The position numbers and the translations under genes were made by a program. Shown here piece after piece: positions 10,868-20,306 of a stretch of DNA of 64,000 nucleotides (position 1 is its first letter; each line of letters starts with the position of its first letter). The notes under the pieces are model-generated. The model searched no databases. It was not told the DNA's origin and saw only the letters and a program-made list of their open reading frames with translations. The DNA lies in the NCBI GenBank assembly GCA_038523235.1, contig JBCBJQ010000016.1:22505-86504 (forward strand), given 5' to 3'. The DNA is from Cyanobacteria bacterium J06626_4 (lineage in GTDB: Bacteria; Cyanobacteriota; Cyanobacteriia; Phormidesmidales; Phormidesmidaceae).

Positions 10868-10878
10868 GTGTGAGGAGT
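10868..10878 (+). promoter_or_regulatory. Yfr1 sRNA target site overlapping the mraY Shine-Dalgarno
   Basis: GTGTGAGGAGT is the exact reverse complement of the Yfr1 motif ACTCCTCACAC, 10 nt before the GTG start. Confidence 0.7.
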
Positions 10879-10888
10879 AAGGTTCGTT

Positions 10889-11989
10889 GTGGATGCCAAG
10901 TTTTCGTCGAAAAAGCCCCTAGGGCTAGCTTTATTATCAGGAACGGGCCTGCTGTGGCTGGTGAGTGGCAGCGCTTTCACTAGTAGTCTGGCCTTGGATG
11001 CGGCAGCGGGTCGACTCGGAGCCTTGCAGTCGCTCACCCTGCCTCTGACGCTCGCCTGGGCGATCGCTGCGATTGCTGGCGTGGTGGTACTGCCCGTCTT
11101 AAAAGCCCTCAAGACAGGGCAATTTATTCGTGAAGAAGGCCCCCAGGCTCACCTCAAAAAAGCAGGCACGCCGACAATGGGTGGCATTTTCTTTATCCCA
11201 GCAGGAGTCTTGGTGGCGCTGGTGCTGTCTAGTTTTTCTACCGCCGTGATGGCGGTTGGGGCAATGACGCTGGCCTATGGCTTTATCGGCTGGCTCGATG
11301 ACTGGCAAGTGCTGCGCCGGAAGTCCAATAAGGGCATCTCCCCCCGCATGAAACTGGTGCTGCAGATTGGCTTTGCCGTCGCCTTTTGCGCCTGGGTCAT
11401 GGCAACCCAACCCATGGAGATCACGCGCTTGACCTTGCCGCTGGGCTTGACCTTGCCGTTAGGAATTTTGTTTTGGCCGCTGGCCGGGTTTGTGTTGGTG
11501 GCTGAGAGTAATGCGACCAACCTGACCGATGGCTTAGACGGCCTGTTGGCCGGTACCGCCGCGATCGCCCTGCTGGGCTTAGGTGCGATTGTGGCCCCTC
11601 TGCAACCTGATCTCATGGTGTTTTGTGGGGCGATGGGCGGTGCTTGTTTAGGGTTTTTGGTGCATAACCGCAACCCCGCCAAGGTGTTTATGGGCGATAC
11701 GGGGTCCCTAGCTTTGGGCGGTAGTTTGGCTGCCGTGGGGATTTTGAGCGGCAACCTACTGGCCTTGCTGGTAGTGACGCTACTATTTTTTGCCGAAACC
11801 CTGTCGGTCATCATTCAAGTGACTTATTACAAAGCCACTAAAGGGCCGGATGGCATTGGCAAACGGTTTTTTCGCATGGCCCCGTTGCACCATCACTTTG
11901 AGCTATCTGGCTGGTCAGAGCTGCAGGTGGTAGGCGTGTTTTACACCGTCACGGCGTTGCTAGCCGCGATCGCCGTAACGACGCTCTGA
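10889..11989 (+). CDS. mraY: phospho-N-acetylmuramoyl-pentapeptide transferase
   Basis: KAGTPTMGG, GWLDD, SNATNLTDGLDGL, VFMGDTGSLALGG, MAPLHHHFEL. Confidence 0.97.
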   Translation: MDAKFSSKKPLGLALLSGTGLLWLVSGSAFTSSLALDAAAGRLGALQSLTLPLTLAWAIAAIAGVVVLPVLKALKTGQFIREEGPQAHLKKAGTPTMGGIFFIPAGVLVALVLSSFSTAVMAVGAMTLAYGFIGWLDDWQVLRRKSNKGISPRMKLVLQIGFAVAFCAWVMATQPMEITRLTLPLGLTLPLGILFWPLAGFVLVAESNATNLTDGLDGLLAGTAAIALLGLGAIVAPLQPDLMVFCGAMGGACLGFLVHNRNPAKVFMGDTGSLALGGSLAAVGILSGNLLALLVVTLLFFAETLSVIIQVTYYKATKGPDGIGKRFFRMAPLHHHFELSGWSELQVVGVFYTVTALLAAIAVTTL

Positions 11990-12026
11990 GTCTCCGCTCT
12001 ATCGTTAGCTCCTCACGAAATTTCTA

Positions 12027-12060
12027 CAAAAGCCCCGTCAGCTATCTGGCGGGGCTTTTG
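12027..12060. terminator. bidirectional intrinsic terminator
   Basis: CAAAAGCCCCGTCAG-CTAT-CTGGCGGGGCTTTTG hairpin between convergent genes. Confidence 0.85.
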
Positions 12061-12073
12061 TATTTCGCAGCCA

Positions 12074-12373
12074 TTAAGACGGGTCTAAGCCCCAGGTCGG
12101 AAAGGGCAAAATTGTGATTTGCCCTTCTGCTGGAAAATCTGACTCAGGGACATCAAAGGCTCCATTCGCTAGCAGGTGTTCGCGCAAAAATCGCTCAGCT
12201 TCAACCCAGGTTTTAAAGCTGAAATTGGCCGCATACAGGTAAGGTAACGGCGCTGCCGCCTGGCAATCAGTGGCGCTAATCGGTTCCCAAAGCCTTAATT
12301 TAATTTGTCCGCTATCGGTGCTCAACCGATAGCAAATGACATGATCGCCGGTGAGGGCATGGGCTAAAGTCAT
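12074..12373 (-). CDS. hypothetical protein
   Basis: 99-aa ORF, AGGA upstream of ATG, ends next to the terminator. Confidence 0.6.
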   Translation of the reverse strand: MTLAHALTGDHVICYRLSTDSGQIKLRLWEPISATDCQAAAPLPYLYAANFSFKTWVEAERFLREHLLANGAFDVPESDFPAEGQITILPFPTWGLDPS

Positions 12374-12572
12374 ATCCTAAATTTTTGTATTGAAGGCAGA
12401 CTCAATGCACCCTGAAGCAACCCGAATGTCAAGCAGACCCTGAGATCCCATCCAATCTCTGTCTAACTATTTTCGGTTTAGACAATCCGGCAAGGATTGC
12501 TAACGTCACTATACTCTCGGCTTCTAGTCAATGCCAATGCTTCTGAAGCATGATGTGTTTAAAGCACGAAGA

Positions 12573-14246
12573 CTAGACGGTTTTGCGGAAACGTTGCCCG
12601 GCGATAATGACCGTGACTACCAGCAGTGTATAGGTGAGCCAGTTGCGCCAACGCACGTAGGGCGTCAGGCCTTGGCGACGATAAATCTGGGTGAGATAGG
12701 TCACATATTGGTTGGGCTCAGATAGCCATAGCGTTCTGCCGTGGGGATCGACAAGGCCCGAGATGCCCGTATTAGTCACCCGCACCGCCCAGCGATCGCT
12801 TTCGATCGCGCGCATGACATCTTGGGCATGATGCTGCAGCATCATCCGAGGTGGGTAGGGATCGTTGTTAGAAGCCGTCATTATCCACTCACCGCCCCGA
12901 GCCGTTTGTTGGCGAAAGAGATCACTGTAAGCCGATTCGTAACAAATGCCGATGGTGGCACGGCCAAAGGGGGTTTCAAAGACCTGATCTAGGCGCCCTG
13001 GCAGCAAACTGCTGCTGACCGGAGAAAGTCGAGAAATAATGCGTCCCAAGGTCGCTTCAAAGGGAATGTATTCTCCTAAGGGCACCAGCTTGACCTTGTT
13101 GTACTGGCTACTCACCTGCCCTTGCGCCGTCAGATTGACCAAGCTGTGAGTCAAGGTCTGAGATGAGTCGGGGATGACGGGGCGAAACGTCCCGAGCCAT
13201 AGCACCACACCCTGTTCAATGACCGCTTGGCGAATCGGACTTCGGAGCTGGTTGGGCGCCGTCCACACCTCGGGGATCGCCCCTTCGGGCGTCAACACGG
13301 CCTCCGCCCCCTGGCTGACCAAGCGACGATAGCCATCGACATAGGCCGCAATCGCCTGCCGAGTGCCCGCCGGTGTCAGCTTGACGCGGGTGGGCACATT
13401 GCCTTGAATGAGCCCAATTTTTAAGGCAGTCTCGGGGCGATCAGCCAGGGGGTGGCTATAAAGCGCACCGCCGATGCCGTGCAGCCCTACCAGCAATATC
13501 AGCCCGCCCCACCCCAATTGCTCTCGCGAAATTTGAGCCTGGGCTCGGCTTGCCAACGGGCTCAGACTCATTTCGGCCCAGCAGCCATTGACGGCGACGA
13601 TCGCGGCGGTAACGGCCATCGGCCCCGCGAGCTGTCCCAGATGCAAAATCCACAGGTTGCCGGGGCTTTGCGTAAAACCGAGAAAAGGCCAAGCCAATGG
13701 CCCCCAACTCAAAACCGTTTCTAAGCCACACCAAAGGGCGGTGCCCGCCACAATGCGAGCCGCCGGGCCAAACTCACCACGATCGCTGAGCTGCCGCAAC
13801 AGGACAGCCCAGAGCCCAAAGGTGACGGTGCCGAGTCCGGTAATAAATGCCCAGGCAAACAGCGCGATCACCACACTCGCCAACCAGGGAACCCCCATCC
13901 AGGTCAGCGGATGCAGATGGGTGATCCACGATAAAACGATGCCATGATAGGTAAAGCTCCACAGACTGCCTAGACCAAATAGGGTTTTGATAGTGGGCGA
14001 TCGCTCGGGGTTCACCACCGCCCGCCACAGCGGGACTAAGGCGAACCAGGCCAGGGGCCAAGCATTCACGGGCGCAGGCGTCAGCCCCATCAACAGCCCG
14101 CCCCCGAGAACGGCGAGCCAGGGCGACTGCCACCAACCTTGACGACTGCTGGCGACTCGCTTACCAGCAGCCAATGATGATAGACGTCTCTTTGTTTTCG
14201 CGATCGCCAAGGGCCAATTATTGCCCTGAGAGGGGGGAAGTGCCAT
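12573..14246 (-). CDS. lnt: apolipoprotein N-acyltransferase
   Basis: Multiple TM helices; IQGN, PEGA, KVKLVPLGEYIP, ICYES (E-K-C triad), NTGISG. Confidence 0.93.
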   Translation of the reverse strand: MALPPSQGNNWPLAIAKTKRRLSSLAAGKRVASSRQGWWQSPWLAVLGGGLLMGLTPAPVNAWPLAWFALVPLWRAVVNPERSPTIKTLFGLGSLWSFTYHGIVLSWITHLHPLTWMGVPWLASVVIALFAWAFITGLGTVTFGLWAVLLRQLSDRGEFGPAARIVAGTALWCGLETVLSWGPLAWPFLGFTQSPGNLWILHLGQLAGPMAVTAAIVAVNGCWAEMSLSPLASRAQAQISREQLGWGGLILLVGLHGIGGALYSHPLADRPETALKIGLIQGNVPTRVKLTPAGTRQAIAAYVDGYRRLVSQGAEAVLTPEGAIPEVWTAPNQLRSPIRQAVIEQGVVLWLGTFRPVIPDSSQTLTHSLVNLTAQGQVSSQYNKVKLVPLGEYIPFEATLGRIISRLSPVSSSLLPGRLDQVFETPFGRATIGICYESAYSDLFRQQTARGGEWIMTASNNDPYPPRMMLQHHAQDVMRAIESDRWAVRVTNTGISGLVDPHGRTLWLSEPNQYVTYLTQIYRRQGLTPYVRWRNWLTYTLLVVTVIIAGQRFRKTV

Positions 14247-14351
14247 GGACAAGCGGAAGGAATACCCTCACGGTACGGTTAGATGCAGTATCGCACTCGA
14301 TTCCGATATTGGGAGAGCAGAATGCGGCTCAGGCATCAGCCGCATTTGCCG

Positions 14352-15956
14352 TTATGGCTGCTCGTCGCTCTGATCTTGAGACTTGAGGCGATTCGATTTT
14401 TGGAGCAGATCGGCGAAATAATCGTCATTATTCGAGGGCGAGTTCGCTGGCGGAGCCGCCGATTCCGAAGCGGATGGGGAGACCGGCGGTGGCGTGTGAT
14501 CAGGGTTCGACAACCGGGCTTGGCGCTGCGCTCGCAGCTCTTTAGCCTGGGCCTGCAGCTGGTTGAAATAATCAGTGTCGGTGATTTCGGCGACTTGTTC
14601 ACCGACCTTAGTCTTGTCGATCTCAATCTCGATACGAAGCAGGCTTTTCATCTGCTTGTAGACAGCCTGCCCATAGTCGCTCTTGTTGAAGCGGTCGAGC
14701 AGCAGCACCCCACCCGAGGCCAGTACAAACCCTAGTGCGGCGGGCACCAGCGGTAGCCAGCCCCCCTGTAAAAAGGCGACATAGCAAAGGCCATATAGCC
14801 CGCCCAAAAGCCCGATCGCCACCACAGCGTAAACCATCGGGCGGCGAATGTATCCGGCAAACAGCGCACCGCCGAGTCCCCAAGCCACGATCCACAACGC
14901 TTCTACCGGCGGTGACCAGCTCCATAACAGCGGGCGATCGTCGAGCACAGCGCTCAAAATTTGGCTGACCGATTGGGCATGCACGATCACACCAGACATT
15001 TTTTGGCTGTCGCGCAGGCCGCCACTAAAAGGGGTATAAAACTCGTCTTTGGCTTCGGGAGTCGTTGCACCGATCAAAACAATGCGATCGCGAATTTGGG
15101 CAGGCTCGACTTGCCCCGTCAACACGTCGGTCAAACTCACCTGCGGCACAGCAGCCTGCGCCGCTCGATAGTTCAACAAAATTTGATAGCCGTTAGCATC
15201 GACGTTACGATACCCCCCCAGGTTAGGCGTCAAGCGGGGCAGCACCGTTTGGCCCAGCTGCAGCTCTTGATTGAGAGTGAGTTCGGGATTAATGCCCTCG
15301 GCCGCCAAATACCGCAAGGCCAGCTGTAGACTCAGGGAAAATAGCTGGTTATCAGGGCTGTTACACAAATGGGTATCGACAGTTTCAGTCTCAGCGGGAG
15401 GTGCCGCAATCAGCAGGTTGCGACGTAAAATGCCGCCAGCATCGACGACTAAATCGGAAAAGCCCACCTGCGTCTCGAGGGTATCAGTAGGCGGCGGCAC
15501 GCCCGGATTATCAGCGCTGCTAATTTTACAAACGGGGAAAATGCGATCGCTGCTTTGCAGCACTGATAGCAGTTCGGCTTGGCCTGCACCAATAGGCAGA
15601 TCGCGAAACATATCGAGCCCGATGGCCTGCGGTTCAGCTTCTAGCAGCACCTCCAGCAGTTCGGCCACGGTGCTGTCTTGAATGGGCCACTCTTGACGCG
15701 ATTGAATATCTGACTCGCTAATGCCAACGACTAGGATGCGATCGTCTGGGGGCGGGGTGGGCCGCCACCGCAGCATGTTGTCATAGACTCCCAGTTCTAG
15801 GCCCTGCAGTGCTCCCAAAGTCCGTAAACCGAGAATAATCGTCCCCGTCGCTAAGGTTGACATCACCACTGGTCGCCCCAAATGACCGACCCAATTGAGC
15901 GCCGTTTGCAATTTTGGCGGTAGTTTTTGACGAGGTGGAGGCGTGGGAATGACCAT
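14352..15956 (-). CDS. CHASE2-domain membrane sensor without an enzymatic output domain
   Basis: DDRILVVGI, IGLDMFRD, VGFSDLVVDAGGILRR, RIVLIG, GVIVHAQ, three TM helices, short cytoplasmic tail. Confidence 0.88.
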   Translation of the reverse strand: MVIPTPPPRQKLPPKLQTALNWVGHLGRPVVMSTLATGTIILGLRTLGALQGLELGVYDNMLRWRPTPPPDDRILVVGISESDIQSRQEWPIQDSTVAELLEVLLEAEPQAIGLDMFRDLPIGAGQAELLSVLQSSDRIFPVCKISSADNPGVPPPTDTLETQVGFSDLVVDAGGILRRNLLIAAPPAETETVDTHLCNSPDNQLFSLSLQLALRYLAAEGINPELTLNQELQLGQTVLPRLTPNLGGYRNVDANGYQILLNYRAAQAAVPQVSLTDVLTGQVEPAQIRDRIVLIGATTPEAKDEFYTPFSGGLRDSQKMSGVIVHAQSVSQILSAVLDDRPLLWSWSPPVEALWIVAWGLGGALFAGYIRRPMVYAVVAIGLLGGLYGLCYVAFLQGGWLPLVPAALGFVLASGGVLLLDRFNKSDYGQAVYKQMKSLLRIEIEIDKTKVGEQVAEITDTDYFNQLQAQAKELRAQRQARLSNPDHTPPPVSPSASESAAPPANSPSNNDDYFADLLQKSNRLKSQDQSDEQP

Positions 15957-16464
15957 AGATGCAGAAAACCGGGATAAAACGCCCAGGGCGCGTCCGTCAA
16001 TTAACGGCCAAAAGCTTTGAGTCAGAGCATAATCGCGCCCGCATTAACTTCTTAAGCTAAGAGCTGGAAACAAGGCACGACAAGCAGTAGAGAATCTAAA
16101 TGATGACAGACCCGAGAGTTGGGCGTCAATACATTCTAACCAGGCAGATTCTTTAAACCTGTCATATCGCCCGTACAGTCAGAAATTTTCCGTAAAAACC
16201 GTAACAGTTCTCCGTCATTGTGAGATTGCCTGGTGTAGACCTAGATTAGGGACAGGGCGCATCACTCAGATCAAACCTTACTAGGGATACCCACCAGGCG
16301 ATTTGGGAAAGTTATATGAGGTTGTGGTGGTGCGTTGGTTCGCGGCTGTTACCAACCTTCAGCTATTACCAGCCTTCAATTGATACGACAATTCTCAGCT
16401 TAATTGCCTCGTCTCCCCCGCACGTTTGATCGGTCACTACTCATTTTTGGATTCATTAGGTTCT

Positions 16465-17178
16465 ATGAAAGGTTTTCGTCGCGTTCAGCAAATTGGCCTA
16501 CTCAGCACCGTCAGCCTGCTCATGACCGGAGGTTTGATGACAGCAATGCTACCGGCGATCGCCCAGGGGACTCTACAGTTCCGATTGCCTGACATCAGTG
16601 CCCCCGGCAACCGCGAATCGGGGTCAACCCGCAGCACCTCCTGCGTGGCCTTTGATGACAAGGTGATTGCCCTGATGCCAGAAACCAACTATGGCTATAC
16701 CCAAACAGGCTATCCCTCGTTTTACTTCTACCTGCCGCCCACTACAGCAGAGCAGGTCAAGTTTGTTATTCGTCATGAGATGACCGGTGCACTGGTTTAT
16801 GAAGGACGCTTCCACATTGCTGGTGACTCCGGCATTGCCCAAGTCAGCTTGCCGAACAACGGGCTACAGCAGCCCCTGATGACTGATGAAGTGTATGTCT
16901 GGTATGTATCAGTGGTCTGTGACGAAACTGACCCCAGTGCTGATGTGGTCACCGAAGGGTTTATCGAGCGAATTGACGCCCGAGTAGTGGCCCCCACCAC
17001 ACCAGCGGCAGCACTGCCCGCACTCTACGCGGGGGAAGGGATGTGGTACGACGCTTTAGCGGCTTCGGCAGCCCTCAAGCAAGACGATAGTTCTGCCGAC
17101 TGGAATGCACTATTAGAGGCCGTTGCCCTCGATCAGCTGATTCCGGTCGAGCTGCTGACGACTGAACCCACACCGTAG
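16465..17178 (+). CDS. DUF928-domain exported protein
   Basis: Signal peptide, PGNRESGSTR, ALMP..NYGYT...YPSFYFYLP, YVWYVSVVC, GMWYDAL. Confidence 0.85.
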   Translation: MKGFRRVQQIGLLSTVSLLMTGGLMTAMLPAIAQGTLQFRLPDISAPGNRESGSTRSTSCVAFDDKVIALMPETNYGYTQTGYPSFYFYLPPTTAEQVKFVIRHEMTGALVYEGRFHIAGDSGIAQVSLPNNGLQQPLMTDEVYVWYVSVVCDETDPSADVVTEGFIERIDARVVAPTTPAAALPALYAGEGMWYDALAASAALKQDDSSADWNALLEAVALDQLIPVELLTTEPTP

Positions 17179-17296
17179 CTGCCGTCAGGTCGCCGTCTTC
17201 CCTGGCATCGGGCTCCCCGGCGTCTCCAGACACCAGGGAAGTCGGGTTTTGCAAGCTGTTCTCGCCAATCGTTGCCTCTCTCGACAGACACGCGGT

Positions 17297-18577
17297 TCAG
17301 CGCGAACGCTGCTGGGCGGCGGCGATAAAGGCAGCACAGTATTGTTGATATCCCTCCGGAAACACCACGTTTAAATCGAGTGGATCAGTCGTGTCCTCCG
17401 GATCACCAGGACCTTCCACAACGGTTAGCGCCCCCTCATCTGGGCGAAGTTTAAGCGCTTTGCGGTTTTTAAGTTCGCCGCCGCTGCTATCGACGTAGGT
17501 GACAATGTTGCCAATGTTGAACGATCGCCCAATGTCTTGAACTAAATGCAAGAAGTTGCGATCGCTGCCGCCGCGTTTAGCCACCGGTTCACCCGCCACG
17601 GTCATCACTTTGCTGGTGACGGTATCACCGACGCCCACGATGAGCGGCATGACGGCGGGGTCAAACCGAGCTTTAACCAAATCAATCAGGGCTTGATGAT
17701 TATGGGGCGCAGTGCGGACGCTAAAGTCAGCCCCGAGGGGATAGGTGCCCGTTTGTTGAGCATAGTAGCGGTTGAGCAGCGCCAGCACGCCCGCCTCTTT
17801 GATGGCCCCTCGCAGCATAAATTGAAAATCGGTGGTGCCTGATTCGTCACCCTGGCTGAGCCAGATGACTTCCTTACCCTGCTCATCACGGCCATGGTTG
17901 GGTGCATAATGCACAAAAAATGAGTCCGCCAGACCCTGCTCTGCCGCTTCTGACAGCAGGGTCTCCATGAGCGACTGCATCGCTTGCTGCAGCGCTACAT
18001 AAGTGTCGCGATCGCCCCCGATCGCCGCATGAAAGGTATTGAGGTTAGCCGTCGGCGAAGCCACATTGGTCAGAGCTGAAGACTGCATGCAGCGCTCCAG
18101 CTCGTCAGCCTCTAGCGTCAGCGCTTGGGCTGCAGCAAAGCGCTGCAGGGTTTGGCGAATGCGATCGGGCACCATTTCGAGAAACGCTAGCTCAGCCTCG
18201 CTGACACCGGGATGCTGAATCTCGCCCTGGCGCGTTTGCCACTGCACACCACCCGCCGCCAATCCCGGCAAATAGTACCCGTTGGCGCGGACCGCGGCGG
18301 GGGCACCAAAGGCTCGCTCAATAATGCCGTTAACCCCACGTTGGCCAATGTGTTCGCCATTAGTCAACACATAAAAATGGCCCTCAAAGGCTTGCGTTGC
18401 GGTGACGTAATCGGGGTCAATTTGGCGATCTAGGGGATCTTTGACCAGACTCATACAAACACCGTCTAAATCTTGAATGATGAGTAAATTAACCGTATTG
18501 GCAACAAGATCAATGAAGCGATCGTGATCGAGGGAATATGTTTGTTGGTGTAACGGCAGGCTGGTGGCAGAGGTCAT
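17297..18577 (-). CDS. stpA: glucosylglycerol-phosphate phosphatase (salt tolerance protein)
   Basis: LLIIQDLDGVCM (HAD DxD), VLTNGEH, GTTDFQFML, VGVGDTVTS, RGGSDRNFL. Confidence 0.92.
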   Translation of the reverse strand: MTSATSLPLHQQTYSLDHDRFIDLVANTVNLLIIQDLDGVCMSLVKDPLDRQIDPDYVTATQAFEGHFYVLTNGEHIGQRGVNGIIERAFGAPAAVRANGYYLPGLAAGGVQWQTRQGEIQHPGVSEAELAFLEMVPDRIRQTLQRFAAAQALTLEADELERCMQSSALTNVASPTANLNTFHAAIGGDRDTYVALQQAMQSLMETLLSEAAEQGLADSFFVHYAPNHGRDEQGKEVIWLSQGDESGTTDFQFMLRGAIKEAGVLALLNRYYAQQTGTYPLGADFSVRTAPHNHQALIDLVKARFDPAVMPLIVGVGDTVTSKVMTVAGEPVAKRGGSDRNFLHLVQDIGRSFNIGNIVTYVDSSGGELKNRKALKLRPDEGALTVVEGPGDPEDTTDPLDLNVVFPEGYQQYCAAFIAAAQQRSR

Positions 18578-18836
18578 GGGGATAGCAAGGTCGCGGCAGT
18601 CTCAGCCTATCAAGTCTTGACGAATCGGCTAGGGCTGGTCGCGGCACAATTAGCGATGACTGGGATTTAAGGTTCAGGGTTTAACGGGCCAAGGGCTGGG
18701 AAACTTCTGACCGGCATTCCTAGCTGGACAGGTGGTCAGAATTTAAGTCCCTGTAAAGGCAACCTTAGTCTTGCCTTAATGCCAACTGATTTTAATAGTT
18801 CGGGTGTTATCTGAAATCTGGTTTGAGCTAATTCTG

Positions 18837-19028
18837 ATGACCCAATCGCATCGCCCCATCCTGCCTAACGTCATGCAACAATACAACCTCAAAAACCTTG
18901 ACTTTGATACTTGGTCATCGGCGGTACGACAACAGATGTTGGAATCATTATCAAAGCGCCGCATGAGCGCTCAGCAGGACTCTGCTGCCCCTAGAGATCG
19001 CGATACCGCAGAGAACGACGCCAAATAG
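18837..19028 (+). CDS. small hypothetical protein
   Basis: Short ORF with amphipathic FDTWSSAVRQQMLESL helix; start could be 18837 or 18873. Confidence 0.5.
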   Translation: MTQSHRPILPNVMQQYNLKNLDFDTWSSAVRQQMLESLSKRRMSAQQDSAAPRDRDTAENDAK

Positions 19029-19132
19029 GGCAGCGTCTTTGTATTGGGCTTAGATATCGCCGGAATCAGCCGCGATTTATCGACGACGGTGATTACTCCG
19101 CCCTCGACCCTGGTCAATGCATTGCCGCTGGC

Positions 19133-19534
19133 TTACTCAGAGTCCGAGGGTTGACTGTCGCGACGGCCTAACTCATAAACCCCGCTGCCCACGGCAAATA
19201 GCAAGCCGAGACTGATCGACCAGCTGCCGCCCAGCCCCCAAATCACGCCGTAGTGAATCAGGATACCCAGCACGATGAACGGTAAGACGCTGAACATGGA
19301 AGCCCAGAATGCATTTTGTGATTCCCGACCCTGGCGAGTTTTTTCAAACTCTTCTTGCGAAAGGTAGAGAGAGCGTTCAGCAAAGTTAAACCAGCGGGTG
19401 AGCTGTTCGATGACCCAGTCACTCAAGGGCGAAAATGCCAGATACAGTGCCAGCGCCCACAGCAAAACTCCCGACACAGCCATCGGATCAATTGAGAATG
19501 AAAAGGGAAACAGATCGGTAAACTTCATCGCCAA
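19133..19534 (-). CDS. conserved cyanobacterial membrane protein of unknown function
   Basis: Three hydrophobic segments; NFAERSLY...RESQNAF...GVYELGRRD. Confidence 0.75.
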   Translation of the reverse strand: MAMKFTDLFPFSFSIDPMAVSGVLLWALALYLAFSPLSDWVIEQLTRWFNFAERSLYLSQEEFEKTRQGRESQNAFWASMFSVLPFIVLGILIHYGVIWGLGGSWSISLGLLFAVGSGVYELGRRDSQPSDSE

Positions 19535-20306
19535 AAGTTCAGAGGTGAGCTACGAAAAATCAGGATGCATTCGGGCAGACCTCAGCTAGGTGGTTAAGCG
19601 ACCAGGGCATCTACCAACGCGCTCATCAACCGAACCGACTAGCTGTCACCCAATCAAGCCGGGATTTTTTACAGAAAAGCGTGAAAGAGGGCTCTTAACT
19701 TGAGTTAATCAAGATAGCCAGTGGAGTGTTAGCTCAAGGCAATCATTAACTATCTGTTAACAGTATCGACGGCTTGTGAGGTTTTGTATAGGCAGCGATC
19801 GCCGGCGGACGTGAATCCCTTGGCGCTTCGCCTCCATGAAGTCGCCCCAAAAATCACCCCAGGTCGCCAACACTATCAGTATTGTTCTCAATAGGATGGC
19901 TTGTAGAGGAGTGACGCAGCGGATTCATGGCAGGTCACTGGTCATCAACGGAACTCGGTTTTTCTGCCTTCGCCGTCAATTCCAAACATCCCCAATAAGT
20001 CGAGTAGATCGTTACCCAGTCTGTGGGAACAGTACTAAGGTCAACCTCTCCGCCACTAAAGCGTTAAGTGAGCACACAGCCTGATCGTTTGTCATGAATT
20101 ACGCCTACGACCAGGGCAAAGTTCGCGATCTCAACTGTCTGCACAATCCGGCCAGCCGACTCTGCCGTCAGACATCAAGAAAATTGATAAACATGCTTAA
20201 ATTGAGCTTGGCTAATTGTGGCGTGCTGTAGCCTTGGTGAATCCTGAGTTGAGCGTCTGTGTCCCCTTAATTTGCTCTTTACCACAGCCAGAGTCTGGTC
20301 ATTACG

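Noticed and set aside
10815..10890. Yfr1 gene itself on the minus strand
   Set aside because: Motif present but no U-tailed terminator follows, and it sits exactly on the mraY SD, so a target site fits better
19535..20306. ORF 19836-20084 and short TTAA palindromes upstream of the RND operon
   Set aside because: No coding signal and no convincing operator
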